From assembly GCA_963732365.1 (NCBI GenBank), contig CAVSZC010000005.1:1761748-1825747 (forward strand): DNA of 64,000 nucleotides, given 5' to 3'. This DNA is from an uncultured Bacteroidales bacterium. GTDB taxonomy: Bacteria > Bacteroidota > Bacteroidia > Bacteroidales > VadinHA17. Both the position numbers and the translations under genes were made by a program. Under the pieces are notes generated by a model, which searched no databases, was not told the origin of the DNA, and was given only the letters and a program-made list of their open reading frames with translations. Position 1 is the first letter of the stretch. Each line of letters starts with the position of its first letter. Positions 1 through 9,076 of this stretch are shown here, one piece after another.

Positions 1-1
1 C

Positions 2-487
2 GTAGCTGCTCATTGAGTCAAAGATCTCCTTCAGTATCTTCTCCGATTCAGCCTTTGCATATCCGTCATTAAGGCTGCTTATATCATTATAAAATGTAAT
101 CAGGTAGATGCTGTCACCCATGAAGAGCGTGCGGGCACTGAACAGAAAAGTACGTTCCTCACCTGATCTTGTCCTGAGCCTTATCTCCAGGTCACTGACT
201 TTCTTCAGGCGTGAAAGGAGGATCATGTGCTTGCGGCTTTGCACCAGATCAACGTAAAGCTGAATATCTTCGGAGGTCTTGCCGATTATCTCCTCCCTTT
301 TGTAGCCCAGGGTATCGAGAAAAGCCTGATTTACATCAATGTATTCCTGTGTCTCGATATTGCTGAGCGAGATCAGCTGGTTAGTTGCGTTGAATGCAAT
401 CTCAGGTATATCAGAAAGCTGCGCAATAGAATCAGCTGAACCGGATGAAAGATCAGGATCCAAAGTTTTCTCTGTCCGTTTTTCCAT
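2..487 (-). CDS. PAS-domain signalling protein, N-terminal fragment (continues past window start)
   Basis: Hand translation of the minus strand from the ATG (complement of 485-487) stays open to the window edge. It reads MEKRTEKTLDPDLSSGSADSIAQLSDIPEIAFNATNQLISLSNIETQEYIDVNQAFLDTLGYKREEIIGKTSEDIQLYVD...RTRSGEERTFLFSARTLFMGDSIYLITFYNDIS. The NxAFxxxxGYxxEEIIGKT pattern followed by beta-strand segments is typical of PAS sensor domains. It is absent from the ORF track because no stop falls inside the window. Confidence 0.6.
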   Translation of the reverse strand, partial: MEKRTEKTLDPDLSSGSADSIAQLSDIPEIAFNATNQLISLSNIETQEYIDVNQAFLDTLGYKREEIIGKTSEDIQLYVDLVQSRKHMILLSRLKKVSDLEIRLRTRSGEERTFLFSARTLFMGDSIYLITFYNDISSLNDGYAKAESEKILKEIFDSMSSY

Positions 488-581
488 CTGACAGGAGGTT
501 GTTTTTTTTAATCTTGAAACAGATATTGTCAGGGGATAAAAATAGTCATTACTGCCCGGAAAATAAAACGCTTATGATCTT

Positions 582-1232
582 TTACCATTCATTGGATGAA
601 TGTTTGCTGTAATATGAGCACCATCCCTTAATGCCGCAGCTTTTGCATAACGGTTTGCGTGCGGTACATGTATATCTTCCGTGGAGCAGAAGCCAGTGAT
701 GTGCCATCGGCCTTTTCTCCTCAGGTATTTCCTTTGTCAGCTTCAGCTCCACTGCAAGAGGATTCTTTGCTCCAGGAGTCAGTCCTATCCGCCGTGCCAC
801 CCTGAAAACATGTGTATCAACGGCAATGACCGGCTTGTTCCACAGGACCGATGCAATGACATTGGCAGTCTTGCGGCCCACTCCGGGCAACTGAGTCAGT
901 TCGGTTATCTCACCGGGGACATCCCCGTGGAAACGGCTGACTATCATCTCAGCCATGCCCCTGAGGTGTTTTGCTTTGTTGTTCGGGTATGAGCAGCTGC
1001 CTATGAGCGAAGTGATATCTTCATGAGTGGCGCCAGCCATTGAGGCCGGGTCAGGGAACCTCTCAAAGAGAGCAGGTGTTATCATATTAACCCTTTTGTC
1101 GGTACACTGAGCCGAGAGAATTACTGCAACAATAAGCTGAAAAGGATCAACGTAACTAAGCTCCGTTTCGGCTACAGGCATGTTTTCTGCAAACCATTCC
1201 AGCACCCCGTCGTACCTTTCTCTCGTTTTCAT
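582..1232 (-). CDS. nth: Endonuclease III (DNA glycosylase/AP lyase)
   Basis: I trimmed ORF 582..1397 to the internal ATG at 1232 (MKTRERYDGVLEWF...). It has the HhH-GPD region LPGVGRKTANVIASV and the C-terminal Fe-S ligand pattern CTARKPLCKSCGIKGWC. Confidence 0.9.
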   Translation of the reverse strand: MKTRERYDGVLEWFAENMPVAETELSYVDPFQLIVAVILSAQCTDKRVNMITPALFERFPDPASMAGATHEDITSLIGSCSYPNNKAKHLRGMAEMIVSRFHGDVPGEITELTQLPGVGRKTANVIASVLWNKPVIAVDTHVFRVARRIGLTPGAKNPLAVELKLTKEIPEEKRPMAHHWLLLHGRYTCTARKPLCKSCGIKGWCSYYSKHSSNEW

Positions 1233-1347
1233 TGCTTCTGCACTTTTATGGGATGAATGTAACAAAATTTTACTTTTTTGTGCAGAAAGGTTCCTTATGT
1301 GAATAAAATCATGGTTAATATGCATCAATATAACTATTTTTCGCACC

Positions 1348-2385
1348 ATGAGACGGGTCAAGGTAAATTCTTCGGCAGGCAAGTCAGTTGTGATCACAGG
1401 CGGTCAGCTTGAGGACCTTCCGTCTTTTCTTCCCTCCTCCAGATTGTTCATTATCACTGATACCAATGTAAGAGCGCTTTATGGAGACAGTTTTCCACCG
1501 GCTGAGGTGATGACAATTCATCCTGGCGAGGAAAGCAAGACCCTTCTTGTTGCGGGTGACCTGTGTTACAGGTTGCTGGCGGCGGGAGCTGACCGTTCAT
1601 CTTTTATCCTGGGGTTTGGCGGTGGCGTTGTCTGTGATATTACCGGCCTGGTGGCATCTGTTTACATGAGGGGGGTAAGGCATGCCTTCGTCTCCACCAC
1701 TCTGCTTTCACAGGTTGATGCCAGCATAGGAGGAAAGACAGGAGTAAATCTTGGTCAATATAAGAACATGATCGGCACCTTCAAACAGCCTGAATTTGTT
1801 CTTTGTGATCATACGCTTCTTTCCACATTGCCTGATAATGAGATGCTTTCAGGGCTGGGAGAGTTACTGAAACATGCCGTAATAGCCGACCGGGAACTGT
1901 TCTTTGACATTTCGGCCTCACTCTCAGCAATATTTGACCGGAACCCTGAGTCTCTTGAAGATTTTATTTACAGGGCAGTGAAGATCAAGGCCGCCATCGT
2001 GAGGCGCGATCCTCTGGAAAATGGTCCCAGGCGGGTTCTGAACTTCGGTCACACCTTCGGTCATGTGCTTGAAACAACATATAATATACCCCACGGCATT
2101 GCAGTCATGGAGGGGATGCTGATTGCTTCAGAGCTGTCTGTATGGAAGGGTGATCTGCCCCATACTGAGTACCGTCTTCTGAAGAGCACACTGGAAAGTG
2201 CCGGGGTGATGAATGTGCACGACCTGCCTGAACAAATAATCAGGCTCATAACCAGGGATAAAAAGGGGGAAGCCGAAGCTGTAAACATGGTTCTCCTGCA
2301 ATCGATAGGCAAGGCTGTGGTCAGGAAGATGCAGATTAATGAACTGGAGGCTTTTACGGGTTACTATATGCAACGGAAAGGTTAA
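1348..2385 (+). CDS. aroB: 3-dehydroquinate synthase
   Basis: GFGGGVVCDITGLVASVYMRGVRHAFVSTTLLSQVDASIGGKTGVN and LNFGHTFGH are characteristic of AroB. Confidence 0.9.
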   Translation: MRRVKVNSSAGKSVVITGGQLEDLPSFLPSSRLFIITDTNVRALYGDSFPPAEVMTIHPGEESKTLLVAGDLCYRLLAAGADRSSFILGFGGGVVCDITGLVASVYMRGVRHAFVSTTLLSQVDASIGGKTGVNLGQYKNMIGTFKQPEFVLCDHTLLSTLPDNEMLSGLGELLKHAVIADRELFFDISASLSAIFDRNPESLEDFIYRAVKIKAAIVRRDPLENGPRRVLNFGHTFGHVLETTYNIPHGIAVMEGMLIASELSVWKGDLPHTEYRLLKSTLESAGVMNVHDLPEQIIRLITRDKKGEAEAVNMVLLQSIGKAVVRKMQINELEAFTGYYMQRKG

Positions 2386-2409
2386 ACAAAAAATATCAGA
2401 AAAGGGGAG

Positions 2410-3408
2410 ATGAACACACTAGGTATTATATTCAGGGTTTCTATTTTCGGTGAGTCTCATGGTTCAGCCGTGGGAGTCGTTATTGACGGATGTCCTGCAG
2501 GGTTGCCCTACTGGCGTGAAGAGCTTATGGCTGACCTTTCACGACGGAAGGGAGGCATACTGCCTGGTACCACGCCCCGCAAGGAGACCGATGAGCCGGA
2601 GGTTATAAGCGGGATTAACAATAACTTTACCACCGGGGCACCGCTGGTGATCTGTACCCGCAACACCAACATCAGGCCTGGCGATTATGAGCAGTTCTCG
2701 AGTATTCCCAGGCCCGGACATGCTGATTTCACGGCCGGATATAAGTACAAGGGTTTCAGTGATATGCGTGGCGGAGGCCACTTCTCGGGCAGGCTTACCT
2801 GGGGATTAGTCGCGGCAGGTTATTTTGCCAGGAAGATATTGTCACCGGCTATCATTTCCGCAAATCTCATTGAAGCAGGGGGGGACAAAGATATTGCATC
2901 GGCAATTGCAAAGGCTACCGAGACAAATGACACTGTGGGAGGCGTGGTTGAATGTATCGTTAAAAATGTGCCCAGGGGCCTGGGCGAACCGGCATTTTTG
3001 TCTGTCGAAGCTGCCCTTGGACAGATTGCCTTTGGCATTCCGGCCGTAAACGGCATTGAGTTCGGTGCCGGGTTTGCTGCCTCAAGAAGCTACGGCTCAC
3101 TTAACAACGATCCTTTCGTTGATGCGAGGGGCAGAACATCAACCAACAATGCCGGAGGAGTGAACGGAGGCATCACCAATGGCAATGACCTTGTAATGAG
3201 AGTGTCTGTCAAGCCTGCTGCGAGTACCGGAGTGCGGCAGAAGACCTACAACAAAGAAAAGGGAGAGATGACAGACCTGGAGGTAACAGGCAGACATGAT
3301 GCCTGTATAGCCAGGAGGATACCGGTGATACTTGAGTCGGCGGTAGCCATTGGCCTTGCAGACCTGCTTATGATTGACCGTGGCATCAACGGGATGAGAG
3401 AGAGGTAG
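2410..3408 (+). CDS. aroC: Chorismate synthase
   Basis: The N-terminus FRVSIFGESHGSAVGVVIDGCPAG, plus PRPGHADF and TGRHDACIARR, are chorismate synthase signatures. It lies 24 nt after aroB. Confidence 0.9.
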   Translation: MNTLGIIFRVSIFGESHGSAVGVVIDGCPAGLPYWREELMADLSRRKGGILPGTTPRKETDEPEVISGINNNFTTGAPLVICTRNTNIRPGDYEQFSSIPRPGHADFTAGYKYKGFSDMRGGGHFSGRLTWGLVAAGYFARKILSPAIISANLIEAGGDKDIASAIAKATETNDTVGGVVECIVKNVPRGLGEPAFLSVEAALGQIAFGIPAVNGIEFGAGFAASRSYGSLNNDPFVDARGRTSTNNAGGVNGGITNGNDLVMRVSVKPAASTGVRQKTYNKEKGEMTDLEVTGRHDACIARRIPVILESAVAIGLADLLMIDRGINGMRER

Positions 3409-3409
3409 G

Positions 3410-3468
3410 GGTTGAGGTTCAGTCAGAGGTTGAGGTTGAGGTTGAGGTTGAGGTTGAGGCAGAGGCTT
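3410..3468. repeat. Hexanucleotide microsatellite (GAGGTT)n, 5 perfect copies plus degenerate flanking copies
   Basis: The sequence reads directly as ggttgaggttcagtcagaggttgaggttgaggttgaggttgaggttgaggcagaggctt. It fills the gap between the convergent aroC stop (3406-3408) and tilS stop (3481-3483). Confidence 0.9.
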
Positions 3469-3480
3469 AACCTGTGATTG

Positions 3481-4803
3481 TCATATAGTCAGCATCAGGA
3501 TCCGGGTTGTACGGTCGGTGACCTTATACCTTTCATTGATGCGGTATCCCATAACCCATACAACTTGGTCTGATGACAGGAGAAGGAGTACCTTTTCTTT
3601 TGCTGTAACCGGCACTTTCAGATCAATAAGGAAGTCGCTGATCTTCTTTGGCTGACTCATTCCCAGAGGTATAAACCTGTCTCCCGGTTTCCACCGTCGT
3701 ACCGTAACCGGAAATGTGATTGTATCCATATCGAGAGAGGCGGTAATCATACATGCCGGTAAAGCCTCTTCACCCGGGACCGTAATTGCCATGTCAGAAA
3801 AGATACCTGACAAATGCATCTCGTCAAGCGAATTGAATTCATAGGATAAGGGTTCTGCCAGGCTTTTTTCCGTGATGATGATGCGGTCCCTGTCCCTGAG
3901 CAGCCGGTGAGAGGAGGTGTTCATGTACTTCCCCGGTGAAGAACCGAGAAGAGATATCAGCTCCCGTGTCTGTCCGGCTGAAAGGCCAAACTGCCTGAAG
4001 AGCTCAAAAATGTAGGTTGAGGCAGGCTGAAGACGCTTTAACTCCTTTATATCAGCTTCAATGCCGTCGGTAGCAGGTCTGAAGATCTTTGTGCGCAGAT
4101 CCTCAATATGTTTATCGATTATCTCCGATGATCCTCTCAGATGGGTTATTGTCTCTGTGATGGCTGCCAGTGCATTCGGGTTGACCTTCTCAAGCTCCGG
4201 GATTATCTTGTGCCTGATCCTGTTGCGCGTATACTTTATGCTTGAATTTGAACTGTCTTCACGGAATTTTATCTTCCTCTCCCTAGCAAATGAAGCTATC
4301 TCGTCCCTCGTCGCGAACAGTAACGGTCTGATAATGTTACGGAATTTCTGACTCATTCCTGTCAGGCCATTCAATCCGGTTCCCCTGAGGAGGTTAATAA
4401 TAAAGGTCTCTGCATTGTCATTGAGGTTGTGTGCAACAGCCACGGCATCAAAGCCCTCATGATCAACCAGTTCGTCAAACCATCCGTACCGCAGTTCACG
4501 GGCTGCCATCTGTATCGATAATCCTTTTGACGATGCATAACCGACAGTATCGAATCGCTTTGAAAAGAATGCGATGCTGTATCTCCCGGCATACTTGCGG
4601 ACAAAGAGTTCGTCGCCGTCAGACTCCTCATCCCTCAGGGAGAAGTTGCAGTGGGCTATTGCATGACTGATGCCGGCTTCCCTGATGAGCCAGGCGAGCA
4701 CCATTGAATCAATGCCCCCGCTTACAGCTACCAGCAGCCTGTTTCCGGGTGCGCATAGCCTGTGCTCTGCTGAGTACTCCTGAAATCTTTTGAACAGTTC
4801 CAT
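3481..4803 (-). CDS. tilS: tRNA(Ile)-lysidine synthetase
   Basis: The PP-loop LLVAVSGGIDSMVLAWL and the HNLNDNAETFIINLLRGTG motif support TilS. I placed the start at the second Met (ATG at 4803, MELFKRF...). Confidence 0.85.
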   Translation of the reverse strand: MELFKRFQEYSAEHRLCAPGNRLLVAVSGGIDSMVLAWLIREAGISHAIAHCNFSLRDEESDGDELFVRKYAGRYSIAFFSKRFDTVGYASSKGLSIQMAARELRYGWFDELVDHEGFDAVAVAHNLNDNAETFIINLLRGTGLNGLTGMSQKFRNIIRPLLFATRDEIASFARERKIKFREDSSNSSIKYTRNRIRHKIIPELEKVNPNALAAITETITHLRGSSEIIDKHIEDLRTKIFRPATDGIEADIKELKRLQPASTYIFELFRQFGLSAGQTRELISLLGSSPGKYMNTSSHRLLRDRDRIIITEKSLAEPLSYEFNSLDEMHLSGIFSDMAITVPGEEALPACMITASLDMDTITFPVTVRRWKPGDRFIPLGMSQPKKISDFLIDLKVPVTAKEKVLLLLSSDQVVWVMGYRINERYKVTDRTTRILMLTI

Positions 4804-4876
4804 TTCAAAATCAAAGTTACTAATCAGACTGATGAATAACGGCAAAAAAGCAAAAAGAGTTCAGGTCTGCCTGTAA

Positions 4877-6700
4877 TTACCGGTAATAGGGCACTCCGGG
4901 AGGATCAGGATCAAAGTCTGGCGGTCTGAGACGTGACACACCATCTATGGAAAAAAATGAGGTTTCAGAATATGGCGGGGAATTGGGATAAAACGCGAAT
5001 CTGATCTGAAGGGTGTTCAGAACCAGCCGGTCATTCCTGATCCTTACACCTGCACCTACTGCAGAGACATTCTGATAGTCACCTGAATTCACTTTTCCGT
5101 TTATAAGGAATCCCGCATCGGCAAATGCAAATATCGCAAACCTGAAACCAACTAAAGATATGGGGGTAAGAAGAACAGGCTCCAGCGAGAAGACAATCCT
5201 GTTGTTTCCTGCGATCGAATCATTCCGGAAACCCCTGATATAGTCATCATTCTTCAGGTACAGATACTCATCCGTGTACCTTTTGAAGCCCCGTGTATGG
5301 TATATATTCACGAAGGTGCGGATCTTTGATCTGCCTGTCTGAATGAGAGGAGTGAAGTACCTGATGCTTAAGTTAGTCAAACCCTGCTCGGTATTATTGT
5401 TGTTATAAAATGTTGAGTAACTGAAGCCGGCGTATATATATCCCAGCTTCGTGAATATGTTTCCGTATGAGGCTTTCAGTCCCAGGTACTGTCTCCTTTT
5501 GAACTCATTGATCTCCAGTCCGCCGATAGCCTCGAGCATATACCCGTAGGGGATATCCTCAGTTCTTCCGTAGCTGTATATCAGGGATGTATTTATAAAT
5601 CGCTGTGATGAGAGGGCAATGCTGCCGGTCATCAGTTTGTAGCTCTGAAGCCTGTAGTATTCATTATGATCTATTTCCGGTCTCCGGAAGACGTTGTTAT
5701 GCATATACCTCCCGGTGAATATCAGCCTGGTCACATTTGAGCGGTCAAGCATGAATGACCTTGCAGCCCAGTAATCCTGGAAGGTATACCTCAATTGACC
5801 CGGGACGGCCATTGTGTCAAGGTCTTCAGTTGTGTAAGTCAGTCTGATTGAGGCTGACCAGGCATACTTTGTCTCTGAAGAGATGAAATCCCTTCCGAAG
5901 AGACCTCCCATTCGTGTTGACCCCAGTCCGTCAGAAAAATCAAGCTCCAGGTCGGCAAAGCTCCGCGCAATATTTCTGACAGTGTACCTTGTTCCAAACC
6001 CGGGATACGGATATTTATCAAAGTTGTAGGGAATAGAGATTTCAAGGTCCTGACCAAGACCAACAAAGTTATTGTCAAACAATCTCACTTTGCCGACTGA
6101 AAGATCACTCAGGCTGAAATCAAATCCGTAAGGATATTTCTCCCTGACAATTATGACCACATCAGCCGTTTCATCCGAGACGGGTATTATTGTTATCCTT
6201 ACGTCATCGATGTAGGGCAGTTTCCTCAGGAGCCTTTCGTTGTCTGCCATTCTGAGCGCAGAGACCGTATCGCCTTCATCAAAGAGAAGGTACTTCCTTA
6301 CTACAAAATTCCGTGTTTTGGAATATGTTGAGTTGAGTATTTTGTCAGCCCGGGAGGGATTTTTTTCAGTCGGGTCCTCAATGTTTGTGCCGAAGGCATC
6401 GAGCCGAATAAGGGTCAGGTTACGTATCACCTTTCCCTCAAAATCATCAAACAGGTTGGTGTTCTTCAACGCATCCCTGGCGTTTTCTGTCGTGGAAGGG
6501 GCGACAACAACGATGTCATAAAGGAGGCCCGAGAGATATCGCTTCTGTGCTCTGACCCTCAGTGTATCATAGAAAGCCTTAGAGATTGTGTCTGTATGTT
6601 CAACTTCCTGACCGTGCGACTGAAAAAAAATGCCGGGCTGCAGCAGGCATGCAATTAATAAATATCTGATAAAGAGCCCTTTATATTTGCATCGGTTCAC
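4877..6700 (-). CDS. Omp85/BamA-family outer membrane protein with one POTRA-like domain (TamL-like)
   Basis: There is an N-terminal signal with a possible lipobox (LLIAC). A POTRA-like segment follows (KVIRNLTLIRLD...VVRKYLLFDEGDTVSALRMADNERLLRKLPYIDDVRITIIP...VVIIVREK). The long C-terminal region has alternating aromatic and beta-strand character (GFRFAIFAFADAGF, VGAGVRIRN, LQIRFAFY). The apparent start is GTG and overlaps the upstream stop (GTGA). Confidence 0.6.
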   Translation of the reverse strand: MNRCKYKGLFIRYLLIACLLQPGIFFQSHGQEVEHTDTISKAFYDTLRVRAQKRYLSGLLYDIVVVAPSTTENARDALKNTNLFDDFEGKVIRNLTLIRLDAFGTNIEDPTEKNPSRADKILNSTYSKTRNFVVRKYLLFDEGDTVSALRMADNERLLRKLPYIDDVRITIIPVSDETADVVIIVREKYPYGFDFSLSDLSVGKVRLFDNNFVGLGQDLEISIPYNFDKYPYPGFGTRYTVRNIARSFADLELDFSDGLGSTRMGGLFGRDFISSETKYAWSASIRLTYTTEDLDTMAVPGQLRYTFQDYWAARSFMLDRSNVTRLIFTGRYMHNNVFRRPEIDHNEYYRLQSYKLMTGSIALSSQRFINTSLIYSYGRTEDIPYGYMLEAIGGLEINEFKRRQYLGLKASYGNIFTKLGYIYAGFSYSTFYNNNNTEQGLTNLSIRYFTPLIQTGRSKIRTFVNIYHTRGFKRYTDEYLYLKNDDYIRGFRNDSIAGNNRIVFSLEPVLLTPISLVGFRFAIFAFADAGFLINGKVNSGDYQNVSAVGAGVRIRNDRLVLNTLQIRFAFYPNSPPYSETSFFSIDGVSRLRPPDFDPDPPGVPYYR

Positions 6701-7410
6701 GGTTGCTGTGAATTGTCATCCAGAATATCATCGGAGTTGAACTGGAAGCCGAGCCTTTTTCCCGTTATCAGCCTCGAGTGCTGTATTTTTGATTCTGCCT
6801 GTCCGACAGATGCAATCTTGACCGTATCATAAGGCGGGACAAGCAGATCAAACTCCAGAGAATAGTTTATGGCAGTATAGACGATCTTCTGCAGCGATTC
6901 TTTGCTGTACTCTTCATTGCCATAGTTGGTAAAGAGCATCCCCATCTGTCTCTTTCCTTCCACAAAGTACTGATTTTCATGGTTGATGAAGATCCTGGCT
7001 ATCAGATATCCCAGGTCATCGAGTCTTGAAAACTTGAATGAGTCTGCAAGGAAGTTGTAAATGTTAATTATGCCGCTGTAGGCATTGTACTTGTTTTTCT
7101 GTATGTAAGCTGTTTTCCAGGCAGGGTGTTCACGGTCGAACTGGAAGATGTTTGAATGCATACTGAAAAGCAGCATATCTGCCGCAACTTTACACTGGGC
7201 ATCAAACGTGCTTCTGTCTGTGTACTCCATCCGTATTCTCGGATCAACGCCTGTGAGATTGCCATTCACCTCTTTTGAAAGATTCTTCAGGATATCCTTG
7301 ACCATCATAAATGCTGCACCGGTATTGTCAAATACCCTTTGTTTCAGTACTGATTTAACTTTCAGTGTGTCAACAATGGTCAGCTTCCTCTGTGTTGTTT
7401 CATCCTGCAT
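6697..7410 (-). CDS. Hypothetical cytoplasmic protein (no recognisable domain)
   Basis: This is a 237-aa ORF with no signal peptide. It has normal composition and is translationally coupled to the downstream Omp85-like gene by a 4-nt overlap. Confidence 0.6.
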   Translation of the reverse strand: MQDETTQRKLTIVDTLKVKSVLKQRVFDNTGAAFMMVKDILKNLSKEVNGNLTGVDPRIRMEYTDRSTFDAQCKVAADMLLFSMHSNIFQFDREHPAWKTAYIQKNKYNAYSGIINIYNFLADSFKFSRLDDLGYLIARIFINHENQYFVEGKRQMGMLFTNYGNEEYSKESLQKIVYTAINYSLEFDLLVPPYDTVKIASVGQAESKIQHSRLITGKRLGFQFNSDDILDDNSQQP

Positions 7411-7507
7411 GGCATGAAATTTTACTTCACCGACTAAATTAGTGTTTTATTTTAAACAATAACAAGACGCCACGCATATTAAGGTGACGGCGTCATGATC
7501 AAATCAA

Positions 7508-8983
7508 TCAGTAAGCTCTTGCGAAAAGTACCCTTCTGACGGAGGGGTTTCCTGAATAAACGCATTTGCCTTTCTCTTCCGGTGAATCAAACGGTATCAC
7601 CCTGATAGTCGCCTTGGTTAAGTTTTTGATCTGCTCTTCTGTCTCAGGGGTGCCATCCCAGTGGGCCATGACAAATCCGCCCTTGTTTTCAATGACATCA
7701 AGGAACTCATCCCAGCTGTTCACATAATGAGTGTTTTCCTCCCTGAAGGCTGTTGCTTTTCTCAGAATGTTATTGTGAATCTCATCCATCAGTGAGACAA
7801 CATGGGTCACAACGTTGTCCCTGCTTATGGTCTCCTTGGTGAGGGTATCACGCCTTGCTATTTCCACTGTTCCCTGATCCGCGTCACGCGGCCCTATGGC
7901 GAGTCTTACCGGGACTCCCTTCAGTTCATAATCTGCGAACTTGAATCCGGGCTTCTGGGTATCACGGTTATCGTACTTGACCGTCAGTCCGGCTTCCTCA
8001 AGTCTTCTCTTGAGGTCAAGTGCTATTTCGGAAATTTTATCAAGCTGATCGCTCCCCTTGTAAATAGGAATAATCACCACCTGAATAGGGGCCAGCCTGG
8101 GCGGAATCACCAGTCCGTTGTTATCAGCATGGGCCAGAACAAGCGCCCCCATAAGCCTGGTAGAAACGCCCCAGCTTGTAGCCCACACATAGTCGAGCTT
8201 TCCCTTCTCATTGGTAAACTTCACATCAAAGGCTTTTGCGAAGTTCTGTCCGAGGAAGTGGCTTGTACCTGCCTGAAGGGCTTTTCCGTCCTGCATTAGA
8301 GCCTCGATGGCAAATGTGTCTTCTGCCCCGGCAAAGCGCTCGCTGGGAGACTTGTATCCCTTGATCACCGGTATTCCCATAAAGTTTGTCACAAAGTCAG
8401 CATAGAGATCGATGATCTTTGTGGTCTCCTCAATAGCCTCTTCTTTTGTTGCGTGGGCTGTATGACCTTCCTGCCACAGGAACTCGGCAGTGCGAAGAAA
8501 CAGCCTTGTGCGCATCTCCCACCTTACCACGTTTGCCCACTGGTTGATCAGCAGCGGCAGATCACGGTAAGAATGGATCCAGTCCTTGTACGTGTTCCAG
8601 ATTATCGTTTCAGAGGTAGGCCTGACGATGAGCTCTTCCTCGAGCTTGGCATCAGGGTCAACCACAATGCCCTTGCCGTCAGGAGAGTGCTTGAGCCTGT
8701 AATGGGTCACTACCGCACACTCCTTGGCAAAACCTTCCACGTGGGCAGCCTCCCGGCTGAAGAATGATTTTGGTATAAATAGCGGGAAGTAAGCATTTAC
8801 ATGCCCTGTCGCCTTGAATTTTCTGTCCAGCTCAGCCTGGATCCTTTCCCAGATGGCATAACCGTAAGGCTTGATAACCATACAGCCCCTGACCGCAGAA
8901 TTCTCGGCAAGGTCGGCCTTGATAACAAGGTCATTATACCATTGTGAAAAACTTTCCTCCTTGTTAGTAAGAAATTTGGCCAT
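7508..8983 (-). CDS. proS: Proline--tRNA ligase (archaeal/eukaryote-like class II type)
   Basis: The N-terminus [38 protein letters not shown] matches ProRS. The class II core RPTSETIIW...[16 protein letters not shown] and the C-terminal RVLFARAY also match. Confidence 0.92.
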   Translation of the reverse strand: MAKFLTNKEESFSQWYNDLVIKADLAENSAVRGCMVIKPYGYAIWERIQAELDRKFKATGHVNAYFPLFIPKSFFSREAAHVEGFAKECAVVTHYRLKHSPDGKGIVVDPDAKLEEELIVRPTSETIIWNTYKDWIHSYRDLPLLINQWANVVRWEMRTRLFLRTAEFLWQEGHTAHATKEEAIEETTKIIDLYADFVTNFMGIPVIKGYKSPSERFAGAEDTFAIEALMQDGKALQAGTSHFLGQNFAKAFDVKFTNEKGKLDYVWATSWGVSTRLMGALVLAHADNNGLVIPPRLAPIQVVIIPIYKGSDQLDKISEIALDLKRRLEEAGLTVKYDNRDTQKPGFKFADYELKGVPVRLAIGPRDADQGTVEIARRDTLTKETISRDNVVTHVVSLMDEIHNNILRKATAFREENTHYVNSWDEFLDVIENKGGFVMAHWDGTPETEEQIKNLTKATIRVIPFDSPEEKGKCVYSGNPSVRRVLFARAY

Positions 8984-9076
8984 TAGTTTGGTATGCGATT
9001 TGAATATTGTTAATTAGCAAATAATAGAATTGCGCAAAAATAGGCAAAACTTACGAACCAGAAAGGGAGGCATGCC

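Noticed and set aside
227-439. Track ORF 227..439 (+), 70 aa
   Set aside because: It lies antisense to the open PAS-domain reading frame that runs from 487 to the window edge.
7411-7507. Imperfect hairpin gacgcc...ggcgtc downstream of proS as a terminator
   Set aside because: The loop is long (about 17 nt), the arms are imperfect, and no T-run follows on the proS strand.
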